Source of the DNA: a virus
Taxonomy: Duplodnaviria; Caudoviricetes
Virus record (IMG/VR): IMGVR_UViG_3300025383_000009
Length of the DNA stretch: 64,000 bases
Reading direction: 5' to 3' (one strand)
Below are positions 19,888-29,861 of this stretch, piece by piece; the stretch's first letter is position 1; every line of letters begins with the position of its first letter. The position numbers and the translations under genes were made by a program. Under the pieces are notes generated by a model. That model had not been told where the DNA came from and did not search any database. It saw nothing but the letters and a program-made list of their open reading frames with translations.

Positions 19888-19890
19888 ATA
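19883..19890 (+). promoter_or_regulatory. T4-type late promoter (TATAAATA)
   Basis: Perfect consensus at the end of gp20. Confidence 0.7.
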
Positions 19891-19921
19891 GAATAAGGTT
19901 TAATTTTTTGGAGACAATAAC

Positions 19922-20131
19922 ATGGACGATACAAGAAACATAATTGATTACGCAATGGACGAAAATGGTGTAGAGTTTAGAAATGCATTATATGCTTCTA
20001 TTCACGACAAAGTTTCTGCACACATTGAAGCAAAAAAACAAGAAATTGCTCAAAATTTAATTGCGCAATCAAATGATGTAGATGTTGAAGACGTAGAACA
20101 AGAAGAGGAAACTCCTGTTGAAGAATCTTAA
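19922..20131 (+). CDS. Prohead core protein, gp67-like
   Basis: Small acidic protein directly after the portal; synteny. Confidence 0.6.
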   Translation: MDDTRNIIDYAMDENGVEFRNALYASIHDKVSAHIEAKKQEIAQNLIAQSNDVDVEDVEQEEETPVEES

Positions 20132-20663
20132 AGAATTCTTAGCAGAACAAACTCGACCAGAAGTGGTTGAAGATGTTGTATTGCCTGAAGAATTAGAGGC
20201 AACTGACGAACCATTATATGAAGATGATGGCAAACAAAATTCTCATCATCCAATGGATCCTCCTGCCGTTCTAGTAATGCGTAGAAAGTGGATTAGACAG
20301 TTTCCTAATAATCAACGAGTAGCGATGTATTACGTTGATAAGATTAATAAATATGTAACCGTGCCTTATACTGCTATGCAATGGACAAATGCAGGTGCAA
20401 ATGAAGAGGCAGAGTATTCTGGTGAATATATCGAAGAAGATATTATTCATCATTTAAAAGGTATTGTTGATGGCCATACTGCAAAATCATATAAATTTGC
20501 CGATGGTAAAACAATGAAAATTGACGCTCAAACAGCTAATGCTGTATTGAAAGTTCATGGCGCTTTAAATGATGAAAACAAGAAAAAAGTATCAGATATG
20601 GCACGTAAAAGTAAACAACACTTTGGTAAGGTCGTAGACTTTGCCTGGAAACATTTAAAATAG
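20118..20663 (+). CDS. Putative prohead core/internal head protein
   Basis: Between gp20 and gp21; N-terminus MKNLKEFLAE resembles the T4 capsid-targeting sequence. Confidence 0.55.
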   Translation: MKNLKEFLAEQTRPEVVEDVVLPEELEATDEPLYEDDGKQNSHHPMDPPAVLVMRRKWIRQFPNNQRVAMYYVDKINKYVTVPYTAMQWTNAGANEEAEYSGEYIEEDIIHHLKGIVDGHTAKSYKFADGKTMKIDAQTANAVLKVHGALNDENKKKVSDMARKSKQHFGKVVDFAWKHLK

Positions 20664-20672
20664 GGATAAAAA

Positions 20673-21272
20673 ATGGCAAATAAGTATACAATTCAAACCT
20701 TACGAGATTCTACATCAGATGCTATCATCAAGATTACAGGTACATTTGACGGTACATCTAACGAATTAAATGTTTCTCGTATTTCTGCTAATTCACTTTA
20801 CGGTGCTTTAGATGCAAATAATGTTCCTTTAAGAACATCTTTAAGTTCAAGTAATACTGCAAAACCATATTACGATTTACAATTAACTGGTGTTAGTTAC
20901 TTCGTAAACATGACACAAGGTTCTGGTGCAGTAGAAATATTTTGGTCTGGTTACGGTGCTACGGTAGCTGCTGCATATGCAAATTCATCAACTATTTTCC
21001 ATCTTAACCAACAAGGTGATTATGGTAACATAGCTGGTTCACAATTACCTGCTATTCCTAATAATGCACCAAACTTGCTAAATAACGTATCTATCACAGC
21101 TGCTAATACAGCACTTGGTGATATTGGTATTGCTACACAAGGTGTTGCAGCTAACTCTGCTTACACATTGATTCTTTCTTTACGCAAAAATAATGCTATG
21201 TATCAAAGAGGTCAATTTAATGATCCTGCTGCATTTAACTTTACTCCTTATAATCTCACTCCTAACCCATAA
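20673..21272 (+). CDS. Hypothetical virion-associated protein
   Basis: 199-aa ORF in the head operon with GGGA RBS. Confidence 0.6.
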   Translation: MANKYTIQTLRDSTSDAIIKITGTFDGTSNELNVSRISANSLYGALDANNVPLRTSLSSSNTAKPYYDLQLTGVSYFVNMTQGSGAVEIFWSGYGATVAAAYANSSTIFHLNQQGDYGNIAGSQLPAIPNNAPNLLNNVSITAANTALGDIGIATQGVAANSAYTLILSLRKNNAMYQRGQFNDPAAFNFTPYNLTPNP

Positions 21273-21715
21273 TGAAGGAGTTTATTAATAAGGCAATATC
21301 TAATAATGCCTTAGAGGCAAGAAAGATATTAGACGAAACGATTAAAAATCTGGTCAAAGAAAAAATTGACCAGATTAAACTTCGTCTTACTGCTGAGATG
21401 TATGAAGAAGTAGATTTAGAGGTAGATTTTGCTGATGAAGAATTAGATGAAGCAATAAGAAATGTTACCAAACAAGGTCGAACAAAAATAGTTAGAGTTC
21501 GTGTCCGTAAAGGTAAGATACAACGCCGTAAGAAATTATCGGCAGTTAAAGGTTATACTATTCGTGGCGGCAGATTAGTAAGAATGTCTGCTATGGAAAG
21601 ACGCCATCGTAAAATGGCGGCTAGACGTGCTAAGTATAAACGTCGTGCTAAATTGTCACAGACGTTAAGAAAAAGAAGAATGTCTTTACGAAAAAGACGT
21701 TCATTAGGTCTATAA
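21272..21715 (+). CDS. Prohead core protein, gp68-like
   Basis: Acidic middle and very basic C-terminus, immediately before gp21. Confidence 0.55.
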   Translation: MKEFINKAISNNALEARKILDETIKNLVKEKIDQIKLRLTAEMYEEVDLEVDFADEELDEAIRNVTKQGRTKIVRVRVRKGKIQRRKKLSAVKGYTIRGGRLVRMSAMERRHRKMAARRAKYKRRAKLSQTLRKRRMSLRKRRSLGL

Positions 21716-21727
21716 AGGAGAAATCAG

Positions 21728-22372
21728 GTGAAACTGATTAAAGAAATTACAGAAACGGTAAGTTATCTTACTGAAGACAAAAACGGCAAAAAAGAATTGT
21801 TTATCGAAGGTCCTTTCTTGGTGTCCGAGAAAAAGAACCGTAATGGCCGTTTATATGAATTCAACACGATGAAAAAAGAAGTTCATCGTTATACAGAAGA
21901 ATATATTAATAAACATCGTGCTTTTGGTGAATTAGGTCATCCTGATACACCGACAATTAATTTAGACCGAGTATCTCATATGATTGTGGGTTTGAGAGAA
22001 GATGGTACTCAATGGATTGGTAAAGCAAAAATTTTAGATACACCTATGGGTAATATTGCTCGCTCTCTTATTGAAGGTGGTGCACAGTTAGGAGTATCTT
22101 CACGAGGCATGGGTTCATTGAAAAATGTGAATGGCGTAAATGTCGTTCAACCCGATTTTTATCTAGCCACAGCGGCAGATATTGTAGCAGACCCTTCCGC
22201 ACCTGGAGCTTTTGTTCAAGGTATTATGGAAGGCAAAGAATGGATGTTAGTCAATGGCGTATGGACAGAATTCGACCATCAAGAAGCAATCAAAGAAATA
22301 AAACAAGCTTCAAGACAGGATATCGAGGCAGTAAGTCTACGCATATTTGAAAACTTCATGAAAAAACTTTAA
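21728..22372 (+). CDS. gp21: Prohead protease gp21
   Basis: GELGHPDTPTINLDRVSH, GVSSRGMGSL and ADIVADPSAP motifs. Confidence 0.96.
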   Translation: MKLIKEITETVSYLTEDKNGKKELFIEGPFLVSEKKNRNGRLYEFNTMKKEVHRYTEEYINKHRAFGELGHPDTPTINLDRVSHMIVGLREDGTQWIGKAKILDTPMGNIARSLIEGGAQLGVSSRGMGSLKNVNGVNVVQPDFYLATAADIVADPSAPGAFVQGIMEGKEWMLVNGVWTEFDHQEAIKEIKQASRQDIEAVSLRIFENFMKKL

Positions 22373-22373
22373 T

Positions 22374-22381
22374 TATAAATA
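22374..22381 (+). promoter_or_regulatory. T4-type late promoter (TATAAATA)
   Basis: Perfect consensus upstream of gp22. Confidence 0.75.
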
Positions 22382-22410
22382 CCAATATATAAATCAAGGA
22401 GATTTTTAAA

Positions 22411-23649
22411 ATGGCAAAATACAATCTATCAGACGCCGCTAAGCAAATTTTAGTTAATGAAGGATCTAAAGAAACATTAGATTCTATCGTTAAATCTAAA
22501 ATGGCACAACGTGGTTCAGATAAACACCCAGACGGTGAAGTTGGTTCAGACCGTGTAGATTCAAAAACAGCATATGGTACTAACGATGCTGGCGAAATTG
22601 GCCAATCACCAGAAAGAGCATTAACAGATGCTTTACCTAATTACACAAAAGGTACACCAACAGCAACTCCACCAGGCGCAACACCACCTGTTGGTTCAGA
22701 AAAAGATGGCGTAGGTATTACTAAAGCAACAGGTCCACAAGATTCAATGGGTCGTTCTGATGTTGCTGAACCTACAAAATTTGATGCTACATCATACGAA
22801 AACATTCGTGACCGTATTGCTGCTAAATTACCATCAAATACTTTTGGTGCTAACCACAGCGCTACATTCCAACATTATGATGGTACACACACTGCTGGTA
22901 CACAATCATATGGTTACAATGAAGATATCGAAGCATTAATGCAAGGTGAAAATCTTTCAGAAGAATTTAAAGAAAAAGCAACAACAATTTTTGAAGCTGC
23001 AGTTCTTTCTCGTGTAGAAGCAGTTGCTGCTGAAGTTGAAGCTAATTTAACAGAACAATTTGAAGTTGCTGTTGAAGAAATTAAAGAAGATTTGGCACAA
23101 AAAGTTGATGATTACCTCAACTATATGGTAGAAGAATGGATCAAAGAGAATGAAATCGCAATTGAAAAAGGCTTACGTGCTGAAATCGTTGAAGATTTTA
23201 TTACAGAATTAAGAGATGTTTTTGTTAAACACTATATTGACATTCCTACAGACAAGGTTGATGTGGTTGAAGAGTTAGCTGCTAAGTTAGAAGAAGCAGA
23301 AGACGCTCTCAATGAAGAAATCAAACGTGGTGTCGAATTAACAAAAGAATTAAATGAACAAAAAAAGGTTGAAGCTATCTACACAGCGTGTGAAGGCTTA
23401 ACGCAGACTCAAGTAGAAAAATTAAAATCACTTGCAGAAGGTGTGGAATTTACTACTGAAGAAGATTTTGCATCTAAATTAGACACATTGAAAGAATCAT
23501 ATTTCAAGTCTGATATTAAAGTTGCAGATAACTCTGCTTTAGACGAAGAAGTAATTATTGAAGAAGAAAAGAAGCCAGCTAAAACGGCATCTTATGATCC
23601 TTCAATTGAACAATATGCAAAAACAATTTCACAAACATTGGTAAAATAA
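22411..23649 (+). CDS. gp22: Prohead scaffold protein gp22
   Basis: EEFKEKATTIFEAAV and KVDDYLNYMVEEW motifs; acidic coiled coil before the major capsid gene. Confidence 0.92.
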   Translation: MAKYNLSDAAKQILVNEGSKETLDSIVKSKMAQRGSDKHPDGEVGSDRVDSKTAYGTNDAGEIGQSPERALTDALPNYTKGTPTATPPGATPPVGSEKDGVGITKATGPQDSMGRSDVAEPTKFDATSYENIRDRIAAKLPSNTFGANHSATFQHYDGTHTAGTQSYGYNEDIEALMQGENLSEEFKEKATTIFEAAVLSRVEAVAAEVEANLTEQFEVAVEEIKEDLAQKVDDYLNYMVEEWIKENEIAIEKGLRAEIVEDFITELRDVFVKHYIDIPTDKVDVVEELAAKLEEAEDALNEEIKRGVELTKELNEQKKVEAIYTACEGLTQTQVEKLKSLAEGVEFTTEEDFASKLDTLKESYFKSDIKVADNSALDEEVIIEEEKKPAKTASYDPSIEQYAKTISQTLVK

Positions 23650-23676
23650 TACCAATACTAACGAAGGGAAAACAAA

Positions 23677-25005
23677 ATGTATTTAACAGAAGAATTACAA
23701 AAAAAATGGGAGCCAGTTCTAGAACATCCAGAACTAGAAGCCATTAAAGACCCATACAAGAAAGCAGTTACTGCTCTTGTATTGGAAAATCAACAACAAG
23801 CAATGCGTCAAGACGCAATGCAATTGAACGAATTAGCTGACTCTGGTCCAACCAACGTTGCTGGTGGTGTTCAAAACTTTGACCCAATCTTAATCAGCTT
23901 GGTTCGCCGTTCTTTACCTAACCTTATTGCTTACGATGTTGCTGGTGTTCAACCAATGACTGGCCCAACAGGCTTAATCTTCGCAATGAGAGCTCGTTAT
24001 ACTGGTCAAGCAAATACAAATGCAGAAGCATTCTACAATGAGGCTAATACAGTATTTTCAGGTAACACATCTGCTGCTAACCCTTACGGTTTCCAAGGTA
24101 CATTAGCAACTGATATTGCAAATACTTTCCAAAACGTAACATCAGGTGCTACAACATCTGGTATTGGTATCCCAACAGCGCAAGCTGAATTATTAGGTGC
24201 TGATAACAATGCTGCATTCCAACAAATGGCATTCTCAATTGAGAAAGTTACTGTAACTGCTCAATCACGTGCTCTTAAAGCTGAATACTCTCTAGAATTA
24301 GCACAAGACTTAAAAGCAATTCATGGTCTTGACGCTGAAACAGAATTATCAAACATTCTTTCTACAGAAATTCTTGCAGAAATTAACCGTGAAGTTATTC
24401 GTACCATCTACACAACTGCTGTAGCAGGTGCACAATACGGTACAACAACTGCTGGTTACTTCGACCTTGATACTGACTCAAATGGTCGTTGGTCTGTTGA
24501 ACGCTTTAAAGGTTTAATTTTCCAAATCGAAAGAGATGCTAACGTAATCGCAAAACAAACTCGTAGAGGTAAAGGTAATGTATTGATTGTTTCTTCTGAC
24601 GTTGCTTCAGCAATGGCAATGGCAGGCGTTCTTTCATACACACCAGCTTTACAATCTGACTTACAAGTAGATGATACAGGTAATACATTTGCTGGTCTAT
24701 TACATGGCCGCATCAAAGTGTATATCGATCCATACTTTGGTGGTTATACTGCTAACCAAGAATTAGTAACAATTGGTTACAAAGGTTCATCACCATATGA
24801 CGCAGGTCTCTTCTATTGCCCATACGTTCCTCTCCAAATGGTTCGTGCTGTTGACCAATTTACATTCCAACCAAAAATTGGATTTAAAACTCGTTACGGC
24901 ATGGTAGCAAACCCATTTGCACAAGGTTTAACACAAGGCAATGGTCAATTAAACGCTCGTTCAAATGTCTACTACAGACTATTTGGCGTTAAAAACTTAA
25001 TGTAA
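23677..25005 (+). CDS. gp23: Major capsid protein gp23
   Basis: GVQPMTGPTGLIFAMR, RALKAEYSLELAQDLKAIHGLDAE and FQPKIGFKTRYG motifs. Confidence 0.99.
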   Translation: MYLTEELQKKWEPVLEHPELEAIKDPYKKAVTALVLENQQQAMRQDAMQLNELADSGPTNVAGGVQNFDPILISLVRRSLPNLIAYDVAGVQPMTGPTGLIFAMRARYTGQANTNAEAFYNEANTVFSGNTSAANPYGFQGTLATDIANTFQNVTSGATTSGIGIPTAQAELLGADNNAAFQQMAFSIEKVTVTAQSRALKAEYSLELAQDLKAIHGLDAETELSNILSTEILAEINREVIRTIYTTAVAGAQYGTTTAGYFDLDTDSNGRWSVERFKGLIFQIERDANVIAKQTRRGKGNVLIVSSDVASAMAMAGVLSYTPALQSDLQVDDTGNTFAGLLHGRIKVYIDPYFGGYTANQELVTIGYKGSSPYDAGLFYCPYVPLQMVRAVDQFTFQPKIGFKTRYGMVANPFAQGLTQGNGQLNARSNVYYRLFGVKNLM

Positions 25006-25031
25006 TATTAGTTAAGTTTAGTTGTAATCCT

Positions 25032-25061
25032 AAAAGACCACCTTCGGGTGGTCTTTTTTTT
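25032..25061 (+). terminator. Rho-independent terminator with cUUCGg loop
   Basis: AAAAGACCACC-TTCG-GGTGGTCTTTT plus T-run after gp23. Confidence 0.9.
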
Positions 25062-25078
25062 GGTGACTAAATAAGAGT

Positions 25079-25618
25079 ATGGCAGCTACTAAAAGAACCC
25101 CACAAAATACCAATTACTTACAAGCCAGTAAGTTTATACTTACGTTTGATAGGATTGGTTCAACTCAATTCTTCTTACAACAAGTTAATATACCTGGTGT
25201 AAATTTAGGTCAAGCATCTAGACAAACTCCTTTTCTAGATATCAATTCACCTGGTAATAAAATGACATATAATCCATTTTCTATCAGATTTAATGTTGAT
25301 GAAAAGATGGATGCATGGCAACAATTACATTCATGGTTTCGTTCAATAGCTTCACCAGAAGGATTTGATGAAAGAAAAAGACTAACAGGTTTACAAAATC
25401 AATTCAAGTCTTCAACAAATCCAAACGTAGTGAATTATTCAGATGCTATGCTTACGGTATACTCAGCATTAAATAATCCACTATTTCGTGTTCAATTTCT
25501 TAATGTGTTTCCTATAACACTTTCTGATATCAACTTTGATACCACACAATCAGCAGATACCATACTTACCGCTGATGCTGTTTTTAACTTCGATTATTTC
25601 AATTTTATTCCTGCTTAA
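25079..25618 (+). CDS. gp3: Tail completion protein gp3-like
   Basis: NYLQASKF and F.VDEKMDAW motifs; position after gp23; preceded by CTAAATA. Confidence 0.75.
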   Translation: MAATKRTPQNTNYLQASKFILTFDRIGSTQFFLQQVNIPGVNLGQASRQTPFLDINSPGNKMTYNPFSIRFNVDEKMDAWQQLHSWFRSIASPEGFDERKRLTGLQNQFKSSTNPNVVNYSDAMLTVYSALNNPLFRVQFLNVFPITLSDINFDTTQSADTILTADAVFNFDYFNFIPA

Positions 25619-25621
25619 CGC

Positions 25622-25650
25622 TTGACAAATAACATTGGTTGTAGTACCAT
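25622..25650 (+). promoter_or_regulatory. Sigma70-type promoter
   Basis: TTGACA-17-TACCAT upstream of uvsY. Confidence 0.65.
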
Positions 25651-25675
25651 ATTATTTTAATAATGGATTTATATT

Positions 25676-26110
25676 ATGGAAAATTTAGAACAAGTCTTAA
25701 AATTATGGGAAAAAGATGCAGAGATTGACCAGACAGAACCTGGTAAAGAACTCATCAAGATACCTATTCTTCACAACAAATATCTTTCTATTCTCACTAA
25801 ACACCGTATTGCATCTAAAAAGGCAAACTTTGATTACTTGCGTATGCGTAAACTGAAATGGGAATACTATACAGGTAAAACATCACAAGAAGAATTAGAA
25901 GAGCGTGGATGGGAACCATTTAAATTCACACTCAAATCTGATGTGTCTACATACCTAGAATCTGATACTGATTTAATTAAACTTCTTGAAAAGAAAGTAT
26001 ATCATGAAGAATGTGTTTCAGTTATAGAATCTATTATGAATGAATTGAAACAAAGAACATGGCAGTTAAGAGATTATATTTCTTGGGAAAAGTTTGTTGG
26101 TGGCCAATAA
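25676..26110 (+). CDS. uvsY: Recombination mediator UvsY
   Basis: IPILHNKYL and KWEYYTGK motifs; upstream of uvsW. Confidence 0.88.
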   Translation: MENLEQVLKLWEKDAEIDQTEPGKELIKIPILHNKYLSILTKHRIASKKANFDYLRMRKLKWEYYTGKTSQEELEERGWEPFKFTLKSDVSTYLESDTDLIKLLEKKVYHEECVSVIESIMNELKQRTWQLRDYISWEKFVGGQ

Positions 26111-26570
26111 ATCTAATATTGCTAAAGGTAGAAATAGTTATGATGCTAATGTATCTAATAGCCTCGTGGCCTTTTTTAATAAAAATATTTCACCTTATCC
26201 AACAGAAGTTGGTAGTCCAAAGTTTGATTTAATACCAATTGAGAAACAAAAAGATGTAATGGTTAATGTTGCTCGTATGCATGCTCGTCAAGAGTATGAT
26301 AGAATTATGAGCGTGGTTAAAATATTACAACAACAAGCATTAGAAATTAAACAAAGATTAGATGTTACCGATATGGTTCATGGTGCAGTTTATGAATTCC
26401 AAATATCTCACGGACAAACTTATTGGTTATTGTTTGATTCTAAAATTCAAAAAACAAGATTGTGTATTCAAGGACCTGATGATTGGACATCTGGTAAACC
26501 AGAAAGTTACGAATACATATGTCAAGTCAAATGGTTAGGTGATTACACTTGGATAGAAGTTGATGAGTGA
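26100..26570 (+). CDS. DUF2452-like protein
   Basis: PYPTEVGSPKF..., G.TYWL and GPDDW motifs recalled for DUF2452; start uncertain (26094 TTG or 26100 GTG). Confidence 0.55.
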   Translation: MANKSNIAKGRNSYDANVSNSLVAFFNKNISPYPTEVGSPKFDLIPIEKQKDVMVNVARMHARQEYDRIMSVVKILQQQALEIKQRLDVTDMVHGAVYEFQISHGQTYWLLFDSKIQKTRLCIQGPDDWTSGKPESYEYICQVKWLGDYTWIEVDE

Positions 26571-28074
26571 TTTAATAATATCTAAAAAAGATGAAGTATA
26601 TGCTAAGATAACTTGTGAGAAACATTTAGCTCAAGAGTTATCGGAGTTTTTCACATTCTTTGTTCCTGGTTATCAATTTGTTCCTGCTTACCGTAATCGA
26701 ATTTGGGATGGAAAGATAAGGATTTTCAATCTACAATCATACACACTATATCTTGGTTTGCTTTATTATATTGAAGAGTTTTGTGCATCACGAGGTTATA
26801 CATTTGAATATGATGATACCAGACCTGATGTTGAAGATGAATTTTCATTGTATCATGCAAAGAAATTTGCTGAAGAATTAAACCTACATTCAAGAGGACA
26901 AAAGATTGAAATAAGAGAACATCAATTGGATGCTTTCTGTCAATCAATGCAAAAGCGTAGAGCGTTATTGGTATCACCAACTGCTTCTGGTAAATCTCTT
27001 ATCATCTATCTTTTATTCAGACAACTTTTAGATTATCAAAATCTCAAAGGTCTTATTATTGTTCCAACCACATCTCTTGTTGAACAATTATATTCTGACT
27101 TTACCGACTACTCATCTGAAAATGGATTTATTGTAGGTGAAAATGTTCACCGTATCTATCAAGGCAAAGATAAAGATGTTGATATGCCATTAACAATATC
27201 TACATGGCAATCTCTTTATAAAATGCCTAAAGAATTCTTTCATCAATATGATTACATTATTGGTGATGAAGCACACTTATTTAAAGCACAATCTCTCACC
27301 ACAATATTAACTTCTTGTATCAATACCAAATACCGAGTAGGACTTACAGGAACTTTAGATGGTACAAAAACACATAAACTAGTATTAGAAGGTTTATTTG
27401 GTCCTGTTAAACAAGTCACTACTACCAAAAAACTTATTGACAACAAGCAACTAGCAGAATTTCAAATTAAATGTTTAGTATTAAAGCATGATGAAGCTAT
27501 TTGTAAATTAATCAAGAATGCTGCCACTTATCAGAATGAATTAGAATATTTAATCTCATCTGAAGCAAGAAACAAATTCATCAAGAACCTTGCTGTGTCT
27601 TTGAATACAAACACATTAGTTTTATTCCAAATGGTTGACAAACACGGCAAAATATTGTATAATATGATTAAAGATACGAAAAAGATTGGTGATAGAAAAG
27701 TATTTTTTGTTCATGGAGGAACTGACACAGATGACCGAGAAAATATTAGAAAAATTATGGAATCAGAATCTAATGCCATTGTTGTTGCATCTTTTGGCAC
27801 TTTTTCTACTGGCATTAACATACGCAATCTTCACAATATTATTTTTGCTTCTCCTTCCAAAAGTCGCATACGAAACTTACAATCGATTGGTCGAGGATTA
27901 CGCCAAGCGGAAGGCAAAGAAATAGCAACACTATATGATATTGCTGATGACTTACGAGTAGGCAAACATATGAACTTTACTCTCAAACATTTTGTTGAAA
28001 GAGTAAAAATATATACAGAAGAGAAATTTCCTTTTAAAATTTATAAAATAGGTTTAAAGAATGAATCAAATTAA
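26560..28074 (+). CDS. uvsW: UvsW SF2 helicase
   Basis: SPTASGKS, GDEAH and QSIGRGLR motifs. Confidence 0.95.
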   Translation: MMSDLIISKKDEVYAKITCEKHLAQELSEFFTFFVPGYQFVPAYRNRIWDGKIRIFNLQSYTLYLGLLYYIEEFCASRGYTFEYDDTRPDVEDEFSLYHAKKFAEELNLHSRGQKIEIREHQLDAFCQSMQKRRALLVSPTASGKSLIIYLLFRQLLDYQNLKGLIIVPTTSLVEQLYSDFTDYSSENGFIVGENVHRIYQGKDKDVDMPLTISTWQSLYKMPKEFFHQYDYIIGDEAHLFKAQSLTTILTSCINTKYRVGLTGTLDGTKTHKLVLEGLFGPVKQVTTTKKLIDNKQLAEFQIKCLVLKHDEAICKLIKNAATYQNELEYLISSEARNKFIKNLAVSLNTNTLVLFQMVDKHGKILYNMIKDTKKIGDRKVFFVHGGTDTDDRENIRKIMESESNAIVVASFGTFSTGINIRNLHNIIFASPSKSRIRNLQSIGRGLRQAEGKEIATLYDIADDLRVGKHMNFTLKHFVERVKIYTEEKFPFKIYKIGLKNESN

Positions 28075-28438
28075 AATATTAAGACTACAATCTGGTTTAG
28101 ATGTTGTAGCCAATGTTTGCATTGATTTAAATGGATATAATTTAAAAGACCCAATGGTCGTTGATATTGACCATTCTGGTCCACGTGCTGGTTTGGTTAT
28201 GCAACATTATTTGCCGGTTCAAATCATTAAAAAGAATACAATCTCCGTGGCAAATAATAATATTCTCTGTGAAATAGAACCTTCTTTGGAATTTTCTGAA
28301 TATTATGAAAATACGGTATCTAAAATTGCTGAACTTCTCCGTGCTAAGTCCGTCATTGAAGAATTGTCTAAAGACGATTATAGTGATGTTATGGATGCTT
28401 TTGAAGATATATCATATGGAGATAAGGTAATACATTAA
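28061..28438 (+). CDS. Conserved T4-like hypothetical protein between uvsW and gp55
   Basis: ILRLQSGLDVVA N-terminus; syntenic position. Confidence 0.6.
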   Translation: MNQIKILRLQSGLDVVANVCIDLNGYNLKDPMVVDIDHSGPRAGLVMQHYLPVQIIKKNTISVANNNILCEIEPSLEFSEYYENTVSKIAELLRAKSVIEELSKDDYSDVMDAFEDISYGDKVIH

Positions 28439-28527
28439 TATAATATATCAAAGGGGGACATACAGAACTATACATGATGTCAACCTATTTGTCAATAACT
28501 TATGTGGTAAACTTGAAAGATAATAAA

Positions 28528-29097
28528 ATGACTGAAATCAAAAAAAAGAAAAAAGAATATGTAAACAATGCTGACTTCCTTGAGGCACTTATCAAGTATA
28601 AAGAAGGTTGTAGAGATGCTCAAGAAAAAGGAACTAAAGAACCTCCTATACCAAATTACATTGGTGAATGCTTCATGAAGATTGCCGAAGGATTATCACA
28701 TAAAGCAAACTTTATCAATTACACATATAGAGATGAAATGATTTCTGATGGTATTGAAAACTGTTTAATGTATTTTAATAATTTTGATCCAGATAAATCT
28801 AAAAATCCATTTGCTTATTTTACACAGATTATTTACTTTGCTTTTCTACGAAGAATCCAAAAAGAAAAGAAACAGCAATATGTTAAGTATAAAGCAACAG
28901 AACAATTTGGTATATTAGATGAATTTGAAATGATGGAACTTGAAGATGGTACCATGAGGCAATTTGAAATGTATGATAATCTTTCAGAATTCATTGAGAA
29001 CTTTGAAGAAACTAAACGAAAGAAAAAAGAATTAAAAAAACCAAAAGGTATTGAGAAATTTCTAGATGAAGAACCCATTGAACCAGATACCGTATAA
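28528..29097 (+). CDS. gp55: Late sigma factor gp55
   Basis: YVNNADFL, NFINYTYRDEMISDGIENCL and NPFAYFTQIIYFAFLRRI motifs; start likely MTEIK. Confidence 0.95.
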   Translation: MTEIKKKKKEYVNNADFLEALIKYKEGCRDAQEKGTKEPPIPNYIGECFMKIAEGLSHKANFINYTYRDEMISDGIENCLMYFNNFDPDKSKNPFAYFTQIIYFAFLRRIQKEKKQQYVKYKATEQFGILDEFEMMELEDGTMRQFEMYDNLSEFIENFEETKRKKKELKKPKGIEKFLDEEPIEPDTV

Positions 29098-29491
29098 CGA
29101 AGAAAATCTGGCCAAGATATCAGAGATAATCAAAAAGAATTTAACGATTGATTTGATACCAAAGAAATGGCAAGCACGAAACATATCTAATCCTATGTTT
29201 GGTCATTGTCATAATGTGGCTGGTTGTTTATATAAAGTTTTTGGTTCATCTGCTGTAAAGATGTATCGTGGCTTAGATGATGAAGGCATTTATCATTGGT
29301 GGGTTGTAGATTTAAACGATAAGATTATTGATTTGACAGTTGAACAATATACAAGTCAAGGTAGAAATGCGCCATACGATAAAGGCGAAAAATCAGGACT
29401 ACTTGGATTTCAATATAAGCAACGAGTTTTGAGATTAACAGAAAGGGTTATGGCAGAATATGAAAATAGGATTCACTTGTTCCGCATTTGA
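29066..29491 (+). CDS. Hypothetical protein with transglutaminase/YunG-like C-H-D motifs
   Basis: GHC...HWW...IIDLT.EQ spacing. Confidence 0.45.
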   Translation: MKNPLNQIPYNEENLAKISEIIKKNLTIDLIPKKWQARNISNPMFGHCHNVAGCLYKVFGSSAVKMYRGLDDEGIYHWWVVDLNDKIIDLTVEQYTSQGRNAPYDKGEKSGLLGFQYKQRVLRLTERVMAEYENRIHLFRI

Positions 29492-29861
29492 TTTGTTCCA
29501 CGCAGGTCATATCATGATGCTAAAAGAGGCAAAAACACATTGTGATTATCTCATTGTAGGACTTCAAACAGACCCCACACTTGATAGGCCAGAAAAGAAT
29601 AAGCCTGTTCAATCGGTATTTGAGCGATTTATCCAACTACAAGCTTGTAAGTATATTGATGAAATTATTCCATATTCTACCGAAAAAGATTTGATGGACA
29701 TCTTGCTTTCCATCAAAATTGATGTTAGGATAGTCGGTCGTGAATATGAATTTAAAGATTTTACCGGTAAAAAGATACCTGGTATTAAAATCATTTATAA
29801 TAATAGAAAGCATTCTTTCTCAACAACTGAACTCCGACAAAGAGTTAAAGATTTATCATAA
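29460..29861 (+). CDS. Glycerol-3-phosphate cytidylyltransferase-like (TagD family)
   Basis: FDLFHAGH (HIGH-type) and HSFSTT motifs. Confidence 0.85.
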   Translation: MKIGFTCSAFDLFHAGHIMMLKEAKTHCDYLIVGLQTDPTLDRPEKNKPVQSVFERFIQLQACKYIDEIIPYSTEKDLMDILLSIKIDVRIVGREYEFKDFTGKKIPGIKIIYNNRKHSFSTTELRQRVKDLS

